Source of the DNA: a virus
Taxonomy: Duplodnaviria; Caudoviricetes
IMG/VR virus record: IMGVR_UViG_3300020045_004866
Coordinates: 1 to 56,224 of that record
DNA: 56,224 bases
Strand: one strand, 5' to 3'
Below are positions 45,343 to 53,714 of this stretch, in pieces. Below the pieces are notes generated by a model. It made no database searches, was not told where the DNA came from, and was given only the letters and a program-made list of their open reading frames with translations. Within the stretch, counting starts at the first letter, position 1. Every line of letters begins with the position of its first letter. The translations under genes were made by a program, and so were the position numbers.

Positions 45343-46902
45343 TTAATCTCTGTTTTCTTCTGCGTATCTATCGCGCTCTTTGCGTTCATTTTCCAGCGTT
45401 TCATCATCATGGTTTTCAAACCAACGGGCTTTTCGTAGGTATATCAGGGCTTGGGTCACTGTGTCGGTTAAATCTGCCGATGGCGGCGCACCGTGTGGGA
45501 ATGATGCAACATAGTCAATCAGTTCATGCGCCCATTTTTTTGGCGGCACATAGACCAGCCCCATTTCCAGTATCGGCGTGACTGAGTGAGCGCGGCTTAT
45601 CTTGTCCTCGCCTTTCCCCGGCGAATATGCCTTTAGTGTGCCGTCAATTGCATCTTGTAAATCCTGCAACAGACTAATTCCAGTAGCCTTTTTTTCTATA
45701 AGATTAACATCTGGCTTATACTTTTTATCTATTTCCTGAACTTTTTCGCGCAATTCTTTGTATGCCACTTGACCAAACCATACGCCCAATAACATTACAC
45801 AATAACGCTCACGTTTTGAGTGCCAGAATACGCCCCATCGAGTACACGCGCTAAATGCGTTTTTCCCTGACTGGCTGTCTTTCTCGCTAAATGCCGTATC
45901 GTAGCTAGTGAATATGTGCTGACATTTTGGCAACGGAACATCATCAGCCCAGTAACGCCATGTGTGCTTTTTGATTATGCCGCCGCCTGTTGGCACTGGT
46001 CTTTGCTGTAACTGCCCAGCAATACCATACTCGCCCAAATCTTCTTCAAGAATTTCAACCGCTTTTTTAGGAAACTTTCCTAAAAATAACAGTTCGCCTT
46101 TTTTAGTGCGCGGGTCGTTAAGCTCTGGTCGCCCAATATCATGCGCTGCATCAAAAGATTCGACTCCCTCATAACGCATTGGTATTTTTAAGTGAGTCCA
46201 ATTAGACTTAACTTTTTTTAGTAAATGCCCTGTAATGTCTGACTCGTGCAATCTTTGCATAATAAGTATCACACCAGAGTACGTTAAATCGTTTAGCCGT
46301 GATGTAAGCGATTGATCCCAAGTATCATTGACGGACTGTCGTATCACGTCAGAAAACGCGTGTTTAGCATCAATCAAATCGTCCAAAATAAGAACATCTC
46401 CGCGCTTTCCAGTTGCACAGCCCGTAATGCCTTGACTTTGCCTAAATCCGCGCTTTGAGTTCACAAACAGGGTTTTTTCGTTCTGGTCTGGCTGTAGCCC
46501 TATTGCCCAGTTTCGCTGATACCATGTACTTGTGATTATCTGCTTCATGCGTAATGAGTCGCGTGTAGCTAATCCGCCCTCATTTGATATTGCCAAAAAC
46601 CTTAAATGGGGTTGCTCAATCCATGACCACGCTGAATACATGGTTACGATAATTGATTTCATCGTACCGGGTGGAATATTAATTATCAGACGTTTATCTG
46701 GCAACTCATCACGATGGAATGCTTCCAAATACCCAGCTACGGTATCTAAGTGCCAGTTCCACTGTAATTTCGTACCGGGTTCAATGATGTGCCATGCGCT
46801 TTTGATAAAAGCCGCCAGTGATTGCTCACACTCCAGTTTTTCCTCATCTAAATCAAGTTCGAGAAGCCTTAGCTCATCACTAGCGGACAGTTCTCCTAGC
46901 AT
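45343..46902 (-). CDS. terL: Terminase large subunit
   Basis: LIINIPPGTMKS, LILDD, IMQRLHE.D, SYDTAF, IEKKATG, D.TD..TQAL. Confidence 0.95.
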   Translation of the reverse strand: MLGELSASDELRLLELDLDEEKLECEQSLAAFIKSAWHIIEPGTKLQWNWHLDTVAGYLEAFHRDELPDKRLIINIPPGTMKSIIVTMYSAWSWIEQPHLRFLAISNEGGLATRDSLRMKQIITSTWYQRNWAIGLQPDQNEKTLFVNSKRGFRQSQGITGCATGKRGDVLILDDLIDAKHAFSDVIRQSVNDTWDQSLTSRLNDLTYSGVILIMQRLHESDITGHLLKKVKSNWTHLKIPMRYEGVESFDAAHDIGRPELNDPRTKKGELLFLGKFPKKAVEILEEDLGEYGIAGQLQQRPVPTGGGIIKKHTWRYWADDVPLPKCQHIFTSYDTAFSEKDSQSGKNAFSACTRWGVFWHSKRERYCVMLLGVWFGQVAYKELREKVQEIDKKYKPDVNLIEKKATGISLLQDLQDAIDGTLKAYSPGKGEDKISRAHSVTPILEMGLVYVPPKKWAHELIDYVASFPHGAPPSADLTDTVTQALIYLRKARWFENHDDETLENERKERDRYAEENRD

Positions 46903-47458
46903 TTATCGCATCTCGCTCTCGTTGTATATCATCAATTGTCATGGCAGAAGATACCCCGTTCTTTTTATCAGCATCCCCATTAGCATTGTCATTAATACCA
47001 TAGTTCCTGCGACGCATATTAAAAACCTTATCGCGTGACTCAATCAGGGTTTTATTTATACGCGCTTTTTTCTCTAAATCCTCCGCGCTTTCTTTATCAT
47101 CCGCGATCAACTCTAACTGCTTTTCAAGCGACTCGCATATCTTAGCTAATCGCTTAACGTCTTCTCTTTCCTCAAGAATAACAGTTGCTTGGATGGTTGC
47201 CGCACTCTCGATTATTTCTTTTTCAGTAATCTTGCTTGTCTGCGCAGTTGATTTGCGCAGTTCGTCTTTGCGCAGTAGCGATTCCTTTTTTGCTTTTATT
47301 TTTTCTTCTAAGTTCCTTTCCCAGCCGTATCTTTTTGCCCTATCTCTAATAGCTGATTCTGCGATACCAAACTGATTAGCAATATCCCTAAGTGAGCGGA
47401 TAGCTGGTATGTACTCGCGCTCAATAGACTCCCAGTCAATTACTCGTTTTTCAGTCAT
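46880..47458 (-). CDS. terS: Terminase small subunit
   Basis: DWESIEREY..SLRDIA..AIR.RAKR.GW HTH; overlaps terL. Confidence 0.8.
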   Translation of the reverse strand: MTEKRVIDWESIEREYIPAIRSLRDIANQFGIAESAIRDRAKRYGWERNLEEKIKAKKESLLRKDELRKSTAQTSKITEKEIIESAATIQATVILEEREDVKRLAKICESLEKQLELIADDKESAEDLEKKARINKTLIESRDKVFNMRRRNYGINDNANGDADKKNGVSSAMTIDDIQRERDAINARRTVR

Positions 47459-47464
47459 GACTAA

Positions 47465-47884
47465 TTACATTATCCCGCCAGTCTCAATCAAAACCAAATC
47501 TGCAATAATCGAAATAGCCCGTGCTAAATGCTGCCGACGCTCAGGCAATCCGCAAGTATTAGCGAAAACTATATGCCGCATTATTTCAGCCTTCATGGCA
47601 TCAGGCTCGGCAGACAGTACCAAGTTGAAATTGTCAATTATCAACGACGGCTTTAAATGAATGGGCTGCTCAATGGTCAATTCTTTTTCAATCCATTTCA
47701 CCGCTTTTTCTAAATTCTGAATGCCACCTTTGTCATCGAATCGCCAAATGTACTGGAACGCCTGCGCTAGTGATCCGCTCAAATGGCAACTAATGTCCCA
47801 ACACTCAACGCCGCTCGGATGATTTACATAGTGAGCAGGGCTTTCAACGTCGTCGTATTCTATAAAAACTTGGTCAGTTGTCAT
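47465..47884 (-). CDS. DUF3310-domain protein (T7 gp1.7-like nucleotide kinase family)
   Basis: V.SPAHY..GVECWDI..YIWR..KGG..LEKA. Confidence 0.8.
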   Translation of the reverse strand: MTTDQVFIEYDDVESPAHYVNHPSGVECWDISCHLSGSLAQAFQYIWRFDDKGGIQNLEKAVKWIEKELTIEQPIHLKPSLIIDNFNLVLSAEPDAMKAEIMRHIVFANTCGLPERRQHLARAISIIADLVLIETGGIM

Positions 47885-48039
47885 TTGCATTCCACATCTT
47901 TAATACATTCCGCCTCGCCTTCATCCCAGCAAAATCCAGTTAATCTATCGACAATATCGGAAACACGACAGGCACACATAACTGAGATTGCTGATAGCAG
48001 ATGATAAATTACTGCGTACTCCATTTCTTTAGCTGTCAT
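47881..48039 (-). CDS. Small hypothetical protein (52 aa)
   Basis: ATGA overlaps at both ends. Confidence 0.5.
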   Translation of the reverse strand: MTAKEMEYAVIYHLLSAISVMCACRVSDIVDRLTGFCWDEGEAECIKDVECK

Positions 48040-48500
48040 TCGTAGTCTCTCACTGATTTGTCTTGCACTAATAGGATTAGTCGATTAACTCTATTTGGCG
48101 TTTGCTTGTACCACTTGCTGGCTTTCATACCATCAATAACCGCCAAGTATCTATCATCAGCCATTGCTTTGAGGGTATTTTTAAAAGCCAATGCGCCCCC
48201 GATACCCATCTGAAACACCATGTTGATGATGACAGGCTTGTACTTTTCTTCAAGTCCATCAAAAAACGGAATTTTTCGCTTGATGGACGCGTAGACGTTT
48301 TTAAGGTCTCGCTCGAAAAGTGCGGTACATTCTGCTTCGGTGATTTTGTCGTGTAGTTTGACGTGGCGTTTCAGAATGTCTAATGCGCTATCGGCTTCTA
48401 AATTGTGACCAATGCCAATCGTAAGAATCCCTTTTGTGTCGAGATAAGCGTCGAGTCGATACCCCTCCTCGAAAGCAATCATTTTTTGAATGTTGACCAT
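48036..48500 (-). CDS. Endolysin, GH24 T4-like lysozyme
   Basis: EG.RL.AY.DT.G..TIGIGH (E-x8-D-x5-T), NMVFQMG, SKW..QTPNR. Confidence 0.92.
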   Translation of the reverse strand: MVNIQKMIAFEEGYRLDAYLDTKGILTIGIGHNLEADSALDILKRHVKLHDKITEAECTALFERDLKNVYASIKRKIPFFDGLEEKYKPVIINMVFQMGIGGALAFKNTLKAMADDRYLAVIDGMKASKWYKQTPNRVNRLILLVQDKSVRDYE

Positions 48501-48913
48501 TATTTTGTAGCCCCGTTAGCTTTATCGTAAGACCGCATACCTGCCAATCCAAGCATACCAAGCAAGACCTGTAATGTGATTTCAGTGCTGATAACTGGAA
48601 AAGTTCCAGTGTATGCAAAAATAACCACGGAAATAAAACGCGCTAATGGCTCAATGATAGAAACATAAGCAAGTCCAGCCCCACAAGTCCATCCGATAAA
48701 TGGTCTCCATCCCGATACAAAAACGCTTGAGCTTGCCGCCTCAGTTTTGTTCACATCAACCTGCGAAAGCATAAGTGCGTACTGGCTCTGCATTTCTGTC
48801 AGTGCCGCAGTTATCTTACCTTGTTCTTCAATATTTGCGTCGGGTGCGATTTTATCAACAATCGTCTTAATCAGATTGCTACCTGCTGTTATTGCGTCAT
48901 CTATTCCGAGCAT
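48500..48913 (-). CDS. Holin (3TM GTA-type family)
   Basis: VN..EA....SGWRPFIGW, LLGMLGL.G.RS.DK. Confidence 0.85.
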   Translation of the reverse strand: MLGIDDAITAGSNLIKTIVDKIAPDANIEEQGKITAALTEMQSQYALMLSQVDVNKTEAASSSVFVSGWRPFIGWTCGAGLAYVSIIEPLARFISVVIFAYTGTFPVISTEITLQVLLGMLGLAGMRSYDKANGATK

Positions 48914-49203
48914 CCTATCTCTCCGCGTCTAACAGGTAATTGAGCTTCATAAACATCTTGATTAGTTCCATCTAATGATTGTTCGATGTTTTTTAGAATT
49001 TTGTACATTTCATAAAAAATAGGTGACATCAACGGATGCGGATCATCTAGCCTTTCTTTACCAATTGGACGAGGAGTTATCACACATGCTAATTTATCCG
49101 CCGTGTTCATGCGTAGAATCTCGGCTTGGCTTCGTATACACTCAAGCAAGTGCATTATTTCTTCCGCGTCGGTTGTTTTTTGTTCGCAGTTAATTTCGCT
49201 CAT
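48901..49203 (-). CDS. Hypothetical protein
   Basis: Coupled ORF in lysis cluster. Confidence 0.6.
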   Translation of the reverse strand: MSEINCEQKTTDAEEIMHLLECIRSQAEILRMNTADKLACVITPRPIGKERLDDPHPLMSPIFYEMYKILKNIEQSLDGTNQDVYEAQLPVRRGEIGCSE

Positions 49204-49463
49204 GTTCTGTCCGCCTTATGTGCTAATTCGTAATTTGTTTGAGAAACTTTATCTTCAATTTTATCAAGCTTGTGAAAAATAGGCTTCATTGCTTCTTTCA
49301 AGTCTTCTTTTTTTACGCACTGGTTGGCGACATATAAAGCCAGCGCATCTTGTGATTCTTCTGCTGAATCTAGTCTTTTGCTAAAGCCCTGAAAAACAAA
49401 ACCAATTAACGCAACAATCCCGCCGCCGACTAAACCCGCTAACTGCTCCATACTGAAATTCAT
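49200..49463 (-). CDS. Single-TM protein with coiled coil (lysis-associated)
   Basis: N-terminal TM, IFHKLDKIEDK. Confidence 0.65.
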   Translation of the reverse strand: MNFSMEQLAGLVGGGIVALIGFVFQGFSKRLDSAEESQDALALYVANQCVKKEDLKEAMKPIFHKLDKIEDKVSQTNYELAHKADRT

Positions 49464-49486
49464 ACTGAAATCCCGAAAATAAATTG

Positions 49487-49514
49487 ATAATACCATATCT
49501 TGAATTTTAGGCAA
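49487..49514 (-). promoter_or_regulatory. Putative late promoter
   Basis: TTGCCT-16-TATTAT with TGn extension. Confidence 0.55.
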
Positions 49515-49543
49515 AAAAAGCCGTCATTGATAACGGCTTTTTT
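49513..49543. terminator. Bidirectional terminator
   Basis: AAAAAAAGCCGT...ACGGCTTTTTT. Confidence 0.8.
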
Positions 49544-49586
49544 GTTATTTCTTAATTTATTTAAATTTTGGACCTGGGTATTTGTT

Positions 49587-49601
49587 TTATCGTAATTTCA
49601 T
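49587..49601 (-). other. Minigene ATG AAA TTA CGA TAA (MKLR) behind perfect SD
   Basis: TAAGGAGGT at 49605-49613; own promoter and terminator. Confidence 0.5.
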
Positions 49602-49648
49602 ATTACCTCCTTAATTATTGTGGTTTACGGGAAGAAATAAAGAAATTT

Positions 49649-49678
49649 ATTGTAACACAAAACAAAATCATGAAGCAA
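49649..49678 (-). promoter_or_regulatory. Promoter for short transcript
   Basis: TTGCTT-18-TACAAT with TGn extension. Confidence 0.6.
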
Positions 49679-49706
49679 AAAAACCACGCTTTTTTACGGC
49701 GTGGTC
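49677..49706 (-). terminator. Terminator of leftward early operon
   Basis: ACCACGC/GCGTGGT stem with T tract. Confidence 0.75.
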
Positions 49707-49764
49707 AATTTAGGAGAAAGCATATTATAGAGAAAAGCAACAACATGAGAAATGTTAGGTATAT

Positions 49765-50025
49765 TTAAGCATTTCTAGCGTCAGGTGTCAACTCCCAAAT
49801 ACAATACTCAATACCGTCGAACTCAAAACCTCCGCACTTGCGACACTGCTTTTCATCTTCCCCGTGGACGTGCGTGAAGTGACAGACTAAGCACTCAAAG
49901 CTTTCGCAGTCATGGAAAACCGTTTTTGGATGCAAAAATTTCGCATTTTGACCGTCCCGCATGGGCTGTCCTTTTTTGCATTTAGTGCGCTCTTGACATG
50001 ACTCGTTTGTGCAGTGTGTGGTCAT
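49765..50025 (-). CDS. Cys-rich hypothetical protein
   Basis: Multiple CxxC. Confidence 0.6.
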   Translation of the reverse strand: MTTHCTNESCQERTKCKKGQPMRDGQNAKFLHPKTVFHDCESFECLVCHFTHVHGEDEKQCRKCGGFEFDGIEYCIWELTPDARNA

Positions 50026-50438
50026 AGTCCCGTACTACCAAAGCCACCAGCTCCGCGTTCAGTTGTCGATAATTCATCGGCTTCTTCAAATTCAATTTGC
50101 GGGTAAGGCATGATTATAATTTGGGCGATTTTGTCGCCGATTGCATAATCGTTTGCGCCAAACGTGCGATTGAACGTAGCCGATATTTCACCGCGATAAC
50201 CACTATCAATTACGCCGACCGCATTTGATAAGGATAAGTCTTTATTACGAATTGATGAACGCGGAAAAATAAGACCAACATATCCAGCTGGTATTTCAAC
50301 TGCTATGCCAGTGCCATAACTTACTTGGTATTTACTGCCTGATACCGATACTGCTACCAAATCCATGCCAGCATCACCCGCTTTTGCGTAGGTTGGGATA
50401 ACTGCATTTTTGTTTAGACGTTTAATTCTTACTTTCAT
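50022..50438 (-). CDS. dut: dUTPase (trimeric)
   Basis: AGMDL, PRSS, GVIDSGYRGE, IAQ, RGAGGFGSTG. Confidence 0.97.
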   Translation of the reverse strand: MKVRIKRLNKNAVIPTYAKAGDAGMDLVAVSVSGSKYQVSYGTGIAVEIPAGYVGLIFPRSSIRNKDLSLSNAVGVIDSGYRGEISATFNRTFGANDYAIGDKIAQIIIMPYPQIEFEEADELSTTERGAGGFGSTGL

Positions 50439-50616
50439 TCTTTTTCTCCAAATTACTAATTAACTCTCTCAGCTCTGAGTTCTTTGACACTATAAAATAC
50501 GCGCCAGTTGTTTTATTATGCACCCGATAACTACCCGCCGCGCCTAAGTTCTCGATTCGATGACCAACTTCATGGGCGCGGGCATTTAAAAGCTGTTGTT
50601 CGTTAGGCTTTGCCAT
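50422..50616 (-). CDS. Hypothetical protein
   Basis: ATG 50616 after AGGA. Confidence 0.55.
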   Translation of the reverse strand: MAKPNEQQLLNARAHEVGHRIENLGAAGSYRVHNKTTGAYFIVSKNSELRELISNLEKKNESKN

Positions 50617-51103
50617 GATACAAATCCTGATTTTCAAACACGCTTCCAATAACTTCAGTTTCAAATACACTACCTGGCATTAAATCTGATAATCTGTAGC
50701 ACGCATAAAACATTGCATCACTAAACGTCACTTTTGCAATTGCATATTCTTTCTTTCCAATGCCTCTGTATTTAATAATATCGCCCTCAAAAATCTTTGT
50801 GCCTTTTTTGTCTATAAGCCCTGTGTACTGACCGACTGACTCAGGGAATACTTGAATCCATCCCCCTAAAAATAAATCAGTTCCGTATTCAATAACGTCT
50901 TCGCCATCTTCGTCTACATCTTCGCTTATTTCTATCAATCCAGCCGTGTAACAATGTGGCATTATGTAAGCACCGATGCCCTCAATTCCTGTTGAAAAAC
51001 TACCATAAACCCATTCATTCTGTTTTTCTAATTCGTTAAATAAATCAATATTTTTAGATTGAAGTTTAGTTCGTTTCTTTCCTCTAAATTCAATTACTCT
51101 CAT
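50603..51103 (-). CDS. YopX-family protein
   Basis: IEFRGK..WVYG..VGQYTGL.DK.G.KIFEGDI..EVIG. Confidence 0.85.
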   Translation of the reverse strand: MRVIEFRGKKRTKLQSKNIDLFNELEKQNEWVYGSFSTGIEGIGAYIMPHCYTAGLIEISEDVDEDGEDVIEYGTDLFLGGWIQVFPESVGQYTGLIDKKGTKIFEGDIIKYRGIGKKEYAIAKVTFSDAMFYACYRLSDLMPGSVFETEVIGSVFENQDLYHGKA

Positions 51104-51104
51104 A

Positions 51105-51335
51105 TTATCCCCTTGTGTATTTAATTTGCACGCTATCATCGTTTAGCGGCTTAACCGCGTGGCACACATGGCACTCACGACATTTAAAGTCGGTATGCTT
51201 TATCCAAATGTGTTTACATTCCCAGCAATACGGCTTTGCGCCAAGCTGTGTATGCGGTGGATATGCTTCGCGTCCTGTGCCGTGTTTGTTGCGATTATCA
51301 CAACTGTTCCAGTGGCTGCATTTTGAGCAGTTCAT
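51105..51335 (-). CDS. Cys-rich putative Zn-binding protein
   Basis: Three CxxC motifs. Confidence 0.55.
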   Translation of the reverse strand: MNCSKCSHWNSCDNRNKHGTGREAYPPHTQLGAKPYCWECKHIWIKHTDFKCRECHVCHAVKPLNDDSVQIKYTRG

Positions 51336-51568
51336 GGTTTAACCATAAATTTTGGAAGTTCCATAAAATGGCTTGGATTAAAATCAGTCGGACAAAGAGA
51401 GTCTTTTTTTGTTAAATCAGACACGCATAACTCCTCTTCTGCCGTCCACCACACACCATCGCCATCAACCGTAAAAAGTATATTTTGCACAACTCCATTC
51501 CAGACTACGATTAACGGCGTATCAAGTGGTGCATACTGTATTAGCTTCCAATCTCTAATTTCATTCAT
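51332..51568 (-). CDS. DUF551-like protein
   Basis: W..I..AP.D..PSHFMELP. Confidence 0.65.
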   Translation of the reverse strand: MNEIRDWKLIQYAPLDTPLIVVWNGVVQNILFTVDGDGVWWTAEEELCVSDLTKKDSLCPTDFNPSHFMELPKFMVKP

Positions 51569-52023
51569 GATTTCACCCTAAATTTATCAAGATGCGCATT
51601 GCACTCTTTTACCGTTGCACTAGCCCACATTACATGGTTTTTTAGAGATATTGCATTGCCGTACAATTGAATATGGGAAAATGATTTTATATAAATTTTA
51701 GCTCCTCTGAAAACAGCAAAATATCTATCATCCATGTGGCGCGACAATCGAGTTACCGAAACCCCCATAGTCTCAGCTATTTCGCTTACAGAGAAAAGCT
51801 CTCGTCCTCTTTTGTCTTTTAAAAAATTATCTTTGTCTAGCAAAAACTCGGCAAACAGGTTTTTGTAATAATTATCAGTGTCTTCAAAAGTCGATTTTTG
51901 GCGCGGCGGTTCTCGCTTTGCACTGTCGATTTCATCATAAGTGCAAATTGTACCCACATAGATGATGTGACTATGCTTGCCCCCGCTTTTACTTGGTCTT
52001 CTTGTTTCGTATGTCTGTATCAT
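51565..52023 (-). CDS. Hypothetical protein with HTH-like segment
   Basis: SVSEIAETMGVSVTRLSRH. Confidence 0.6.
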   Translation of the reverse strand: MIQTYETRRPSKSGGKHSHIIYVGTICTYDEIDSAKREPPRQKSTFEDTDNYYKNLFAEFLLDKDNFLKDKRGRELFSVSEIAETMGVSVTRLSRHMDDRYFAVFRGAKIYIKSFSHIQLYGNAISLKNHVMWASATVKECNAHLDKFRVKS

Positions 52024-52295
52024 AATTTCACCTTGTTCTTCCAGCTCTCAATCGTTAAAAATCCAGGTTCGTTTGCATCATCATCCCAGATAATCCAGCC
52101 TCCTGCTCTGTTTTTAGCCGCTTCAAGTTCTTTGCGTTGATCATCGGTAATATTGTAATTTCCATTGCCTTCATTGTTTAACTGCCTCCATAGCCAATCT
52201 TCACAGCCGCAAATCCAGCCAGCGAAGAAATATTCCTCGGACAAGTCGGACATTAGGTCGTAAAGTGCTTGCTGGTCTTCTGTAAATTCATTCAT
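52020..52295 (-). CDS. Hypothetical protein
   Basis: L..LMSDLSEE..AGW..GGW. Confidence 0.7.
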   Translation of the reverse strand: MNEFTEDQQALYDLMSDLSEEYFFAGWICGCEDWLWRQLNNEGNGNYNITDDQRKELEAAKNRAGGWIIWDDDANEPGFLTIESWKNKVKL

Positions 52296-52476
52296 TTCAG
52301 TTTTCCTATTTTCGGGAACGAATCATAATAGCCTTTGTACATCATGACTTTCATTTTTGAGCGACAAAACGGGCATATTGGTGTCATGTAGCGCCCTTTT
52401 AGCCCTTTTATTTTATCGACTTCTGATTTTTTTTAATAACCATCGTGATAATTTTCCAGTTCAGCGGCTTGTGCAA

Positions 52477-52815
52477 TTATGTCTTTGTTTGATTCCATTC
52501 TTGCCCAGATTCCATTCTTGCCCAGATTGCATTTAGCCAGCGGTTCGTGCTTGATTCGCTTACGCCGTCGAACCAGCCAAGCTCTGTAAGTCCTTTAATC
52601 ACAGCTTCATAACTGCTAAATTTTTTCGTAAATTCATTAACCCAATAGCTCATTTGCCCCAAATTCCCCAAAATCGAACAGCGCGGGCTGCACCATTCTT
52701 GGAATTGAAAGCTTCCATTATGATGATTATTGCAGTGTGAGCATTGTGGGCGCGTGTCTTCTTGTTCATCGGCTTGGCATAAATCACCAAAGCCTAGTTT
52801 AGTATAATTACTCAT
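52477..52815 (-). CDS. Hypothetical protein, C-terminus altered by 17-bp duplication
   Basis: ATG 52815 after GGAGG; CxxC. Confidence 0.65.
   Translation of the reverse strand: MSNYTKLGFGDLCQADEQEDTRPQCSHCNNHHNGSFQFQEWCSPRCSILGNLGQMSYWVNEFTKKFSSYEAVIKGLTELGWFDGVSESSTNRWLNAIWARMESGQEWNQTKT
52491..52528. repeat. Perfect 17-bp tandem duplication
   Basis: GATTCCATTCTTGCCCA x2 plus GATT. Confidence 0.95.
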
Positions 52816-53113
52816 AAATACCTCCCTCGTTATCTTCATTTATTTCAGTTATTTCTGACACTATTTTCATGTAATAAATGTCAGAAAATTTATTTTCTTG
52901 AGAGCCTTGTGAGAATATTCCATTGTAATTTGAAGGAATGCCTTCGTCGTCCAGAAACCCAGTGTAAAAAATCGATCTGTGAATAACATTTACTGATGAA
53001 TAAGCCACATCAACAATGTAGTGAGTCGATGACTTTAACGCCACTTCACTAACTAACCCTTTGTATTGAAGTCCTTTTTCTTTTAATGATGTAGGTGTCT
53101 CCATTGCCATCAC
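52808..53113 (-). CDS. Hypothetical protein
   Basis: Coupled ORF. Confidence 0.6.
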   Translation of the reverse strand: MMAMETPTSLKEKGLQYKGLVSEVALKSSTHYIVDVAYSSVNVIHRSIFYTGFLDDEGIPSNYNGIFSQGSQENKFSDIYYMKIVSEITEINEDNEGGIYE

Positions 53114-53277
53114 GCGCCTGCCTTATGTCCATAACTCACCGCCCGACGCACTAAACGTTTATCTGCTTTTTTGATGATAATAAGCAAACGGCTGTAATCG
53201 CCTTGTTCGGCTATTGCCGTGCTTATCGCTTCGATTAAAGTCTTGTGGAGCTTTAATGCTTGGTTAAATAGTTCCAT
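53110..53277 (-). CDS. Small hypothetical protein (55 aa)
   Basis: CTGGAGA SD, MELFNQALKLHK... Confidence 0.6.
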   Translation of the reverse strand: MELFNQALKLHKTLIEAISTAIAEQGDYSRLLIIIKKADKRLVRRAVSYGHKAGA

Positions 53278-53324
53278 TTTGTTCTCCAGTTTATTATGCG
53301 CGTCCTTGCGCTGGTTATTACTGT

Positions 53325-53702
53325 CTAAAATAAAATATCATCGTCGTAAGGCGCGTCGTCAGGTGCTTGTGGTGCGTTAGTTGTTGTAGACGCGCTTGAT
53401 TCTGATTCGCCACGCTTGCCGACAAAATCAAACTGAGATACGTTAATTTCAAGGTACTGTTTACCTTCATATTCCCGCTGTGATAGCTCGCCAGATACCC
53501 ATATTTGGTTGCCTTTTAAAATGTACTGCGCTGACTTTGTGCCACGATCACCAAAAATAGTACAGTTAAACCATAGCGTCTGTTGCTTATCACCCCACCC
53601 AACATTACACGCGCCACTAAAACCTGTTGCAGTTGTGCTGCCAGCTTGGCGTGTTACTGCGTCTTTCCCTACTCTTAAAACTCCAGAAAAATTGTTGCTC
53701 AT
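53325..53702 (-). CDS. ssb: Single-stranded DNA-binding protein
   Basis: G.VGKDA..T.WFNC..FG..KG..V.GEL; acidic tail DDDILF. Confidence 0.92.
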   Translation of the reverse strand: MSNNFSGVLRVGKDAVTRQAGSTTATGFSGACNVGWGDKQQTLWFNCTIFGDRGTKSAQYILKGNQIWVSGELSQREYEGKQYLEINVSQFDFVGKRGESESSASTTTNAPQAPDDAPYDDDILF

Positions 53703-53714
53703 GCTTTTAACTCC

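Noticed and set aside
49712-49752. Three GAGAAA(A)GC-like direct repeats
   Set aside because: Short and AT-rich; could be chance
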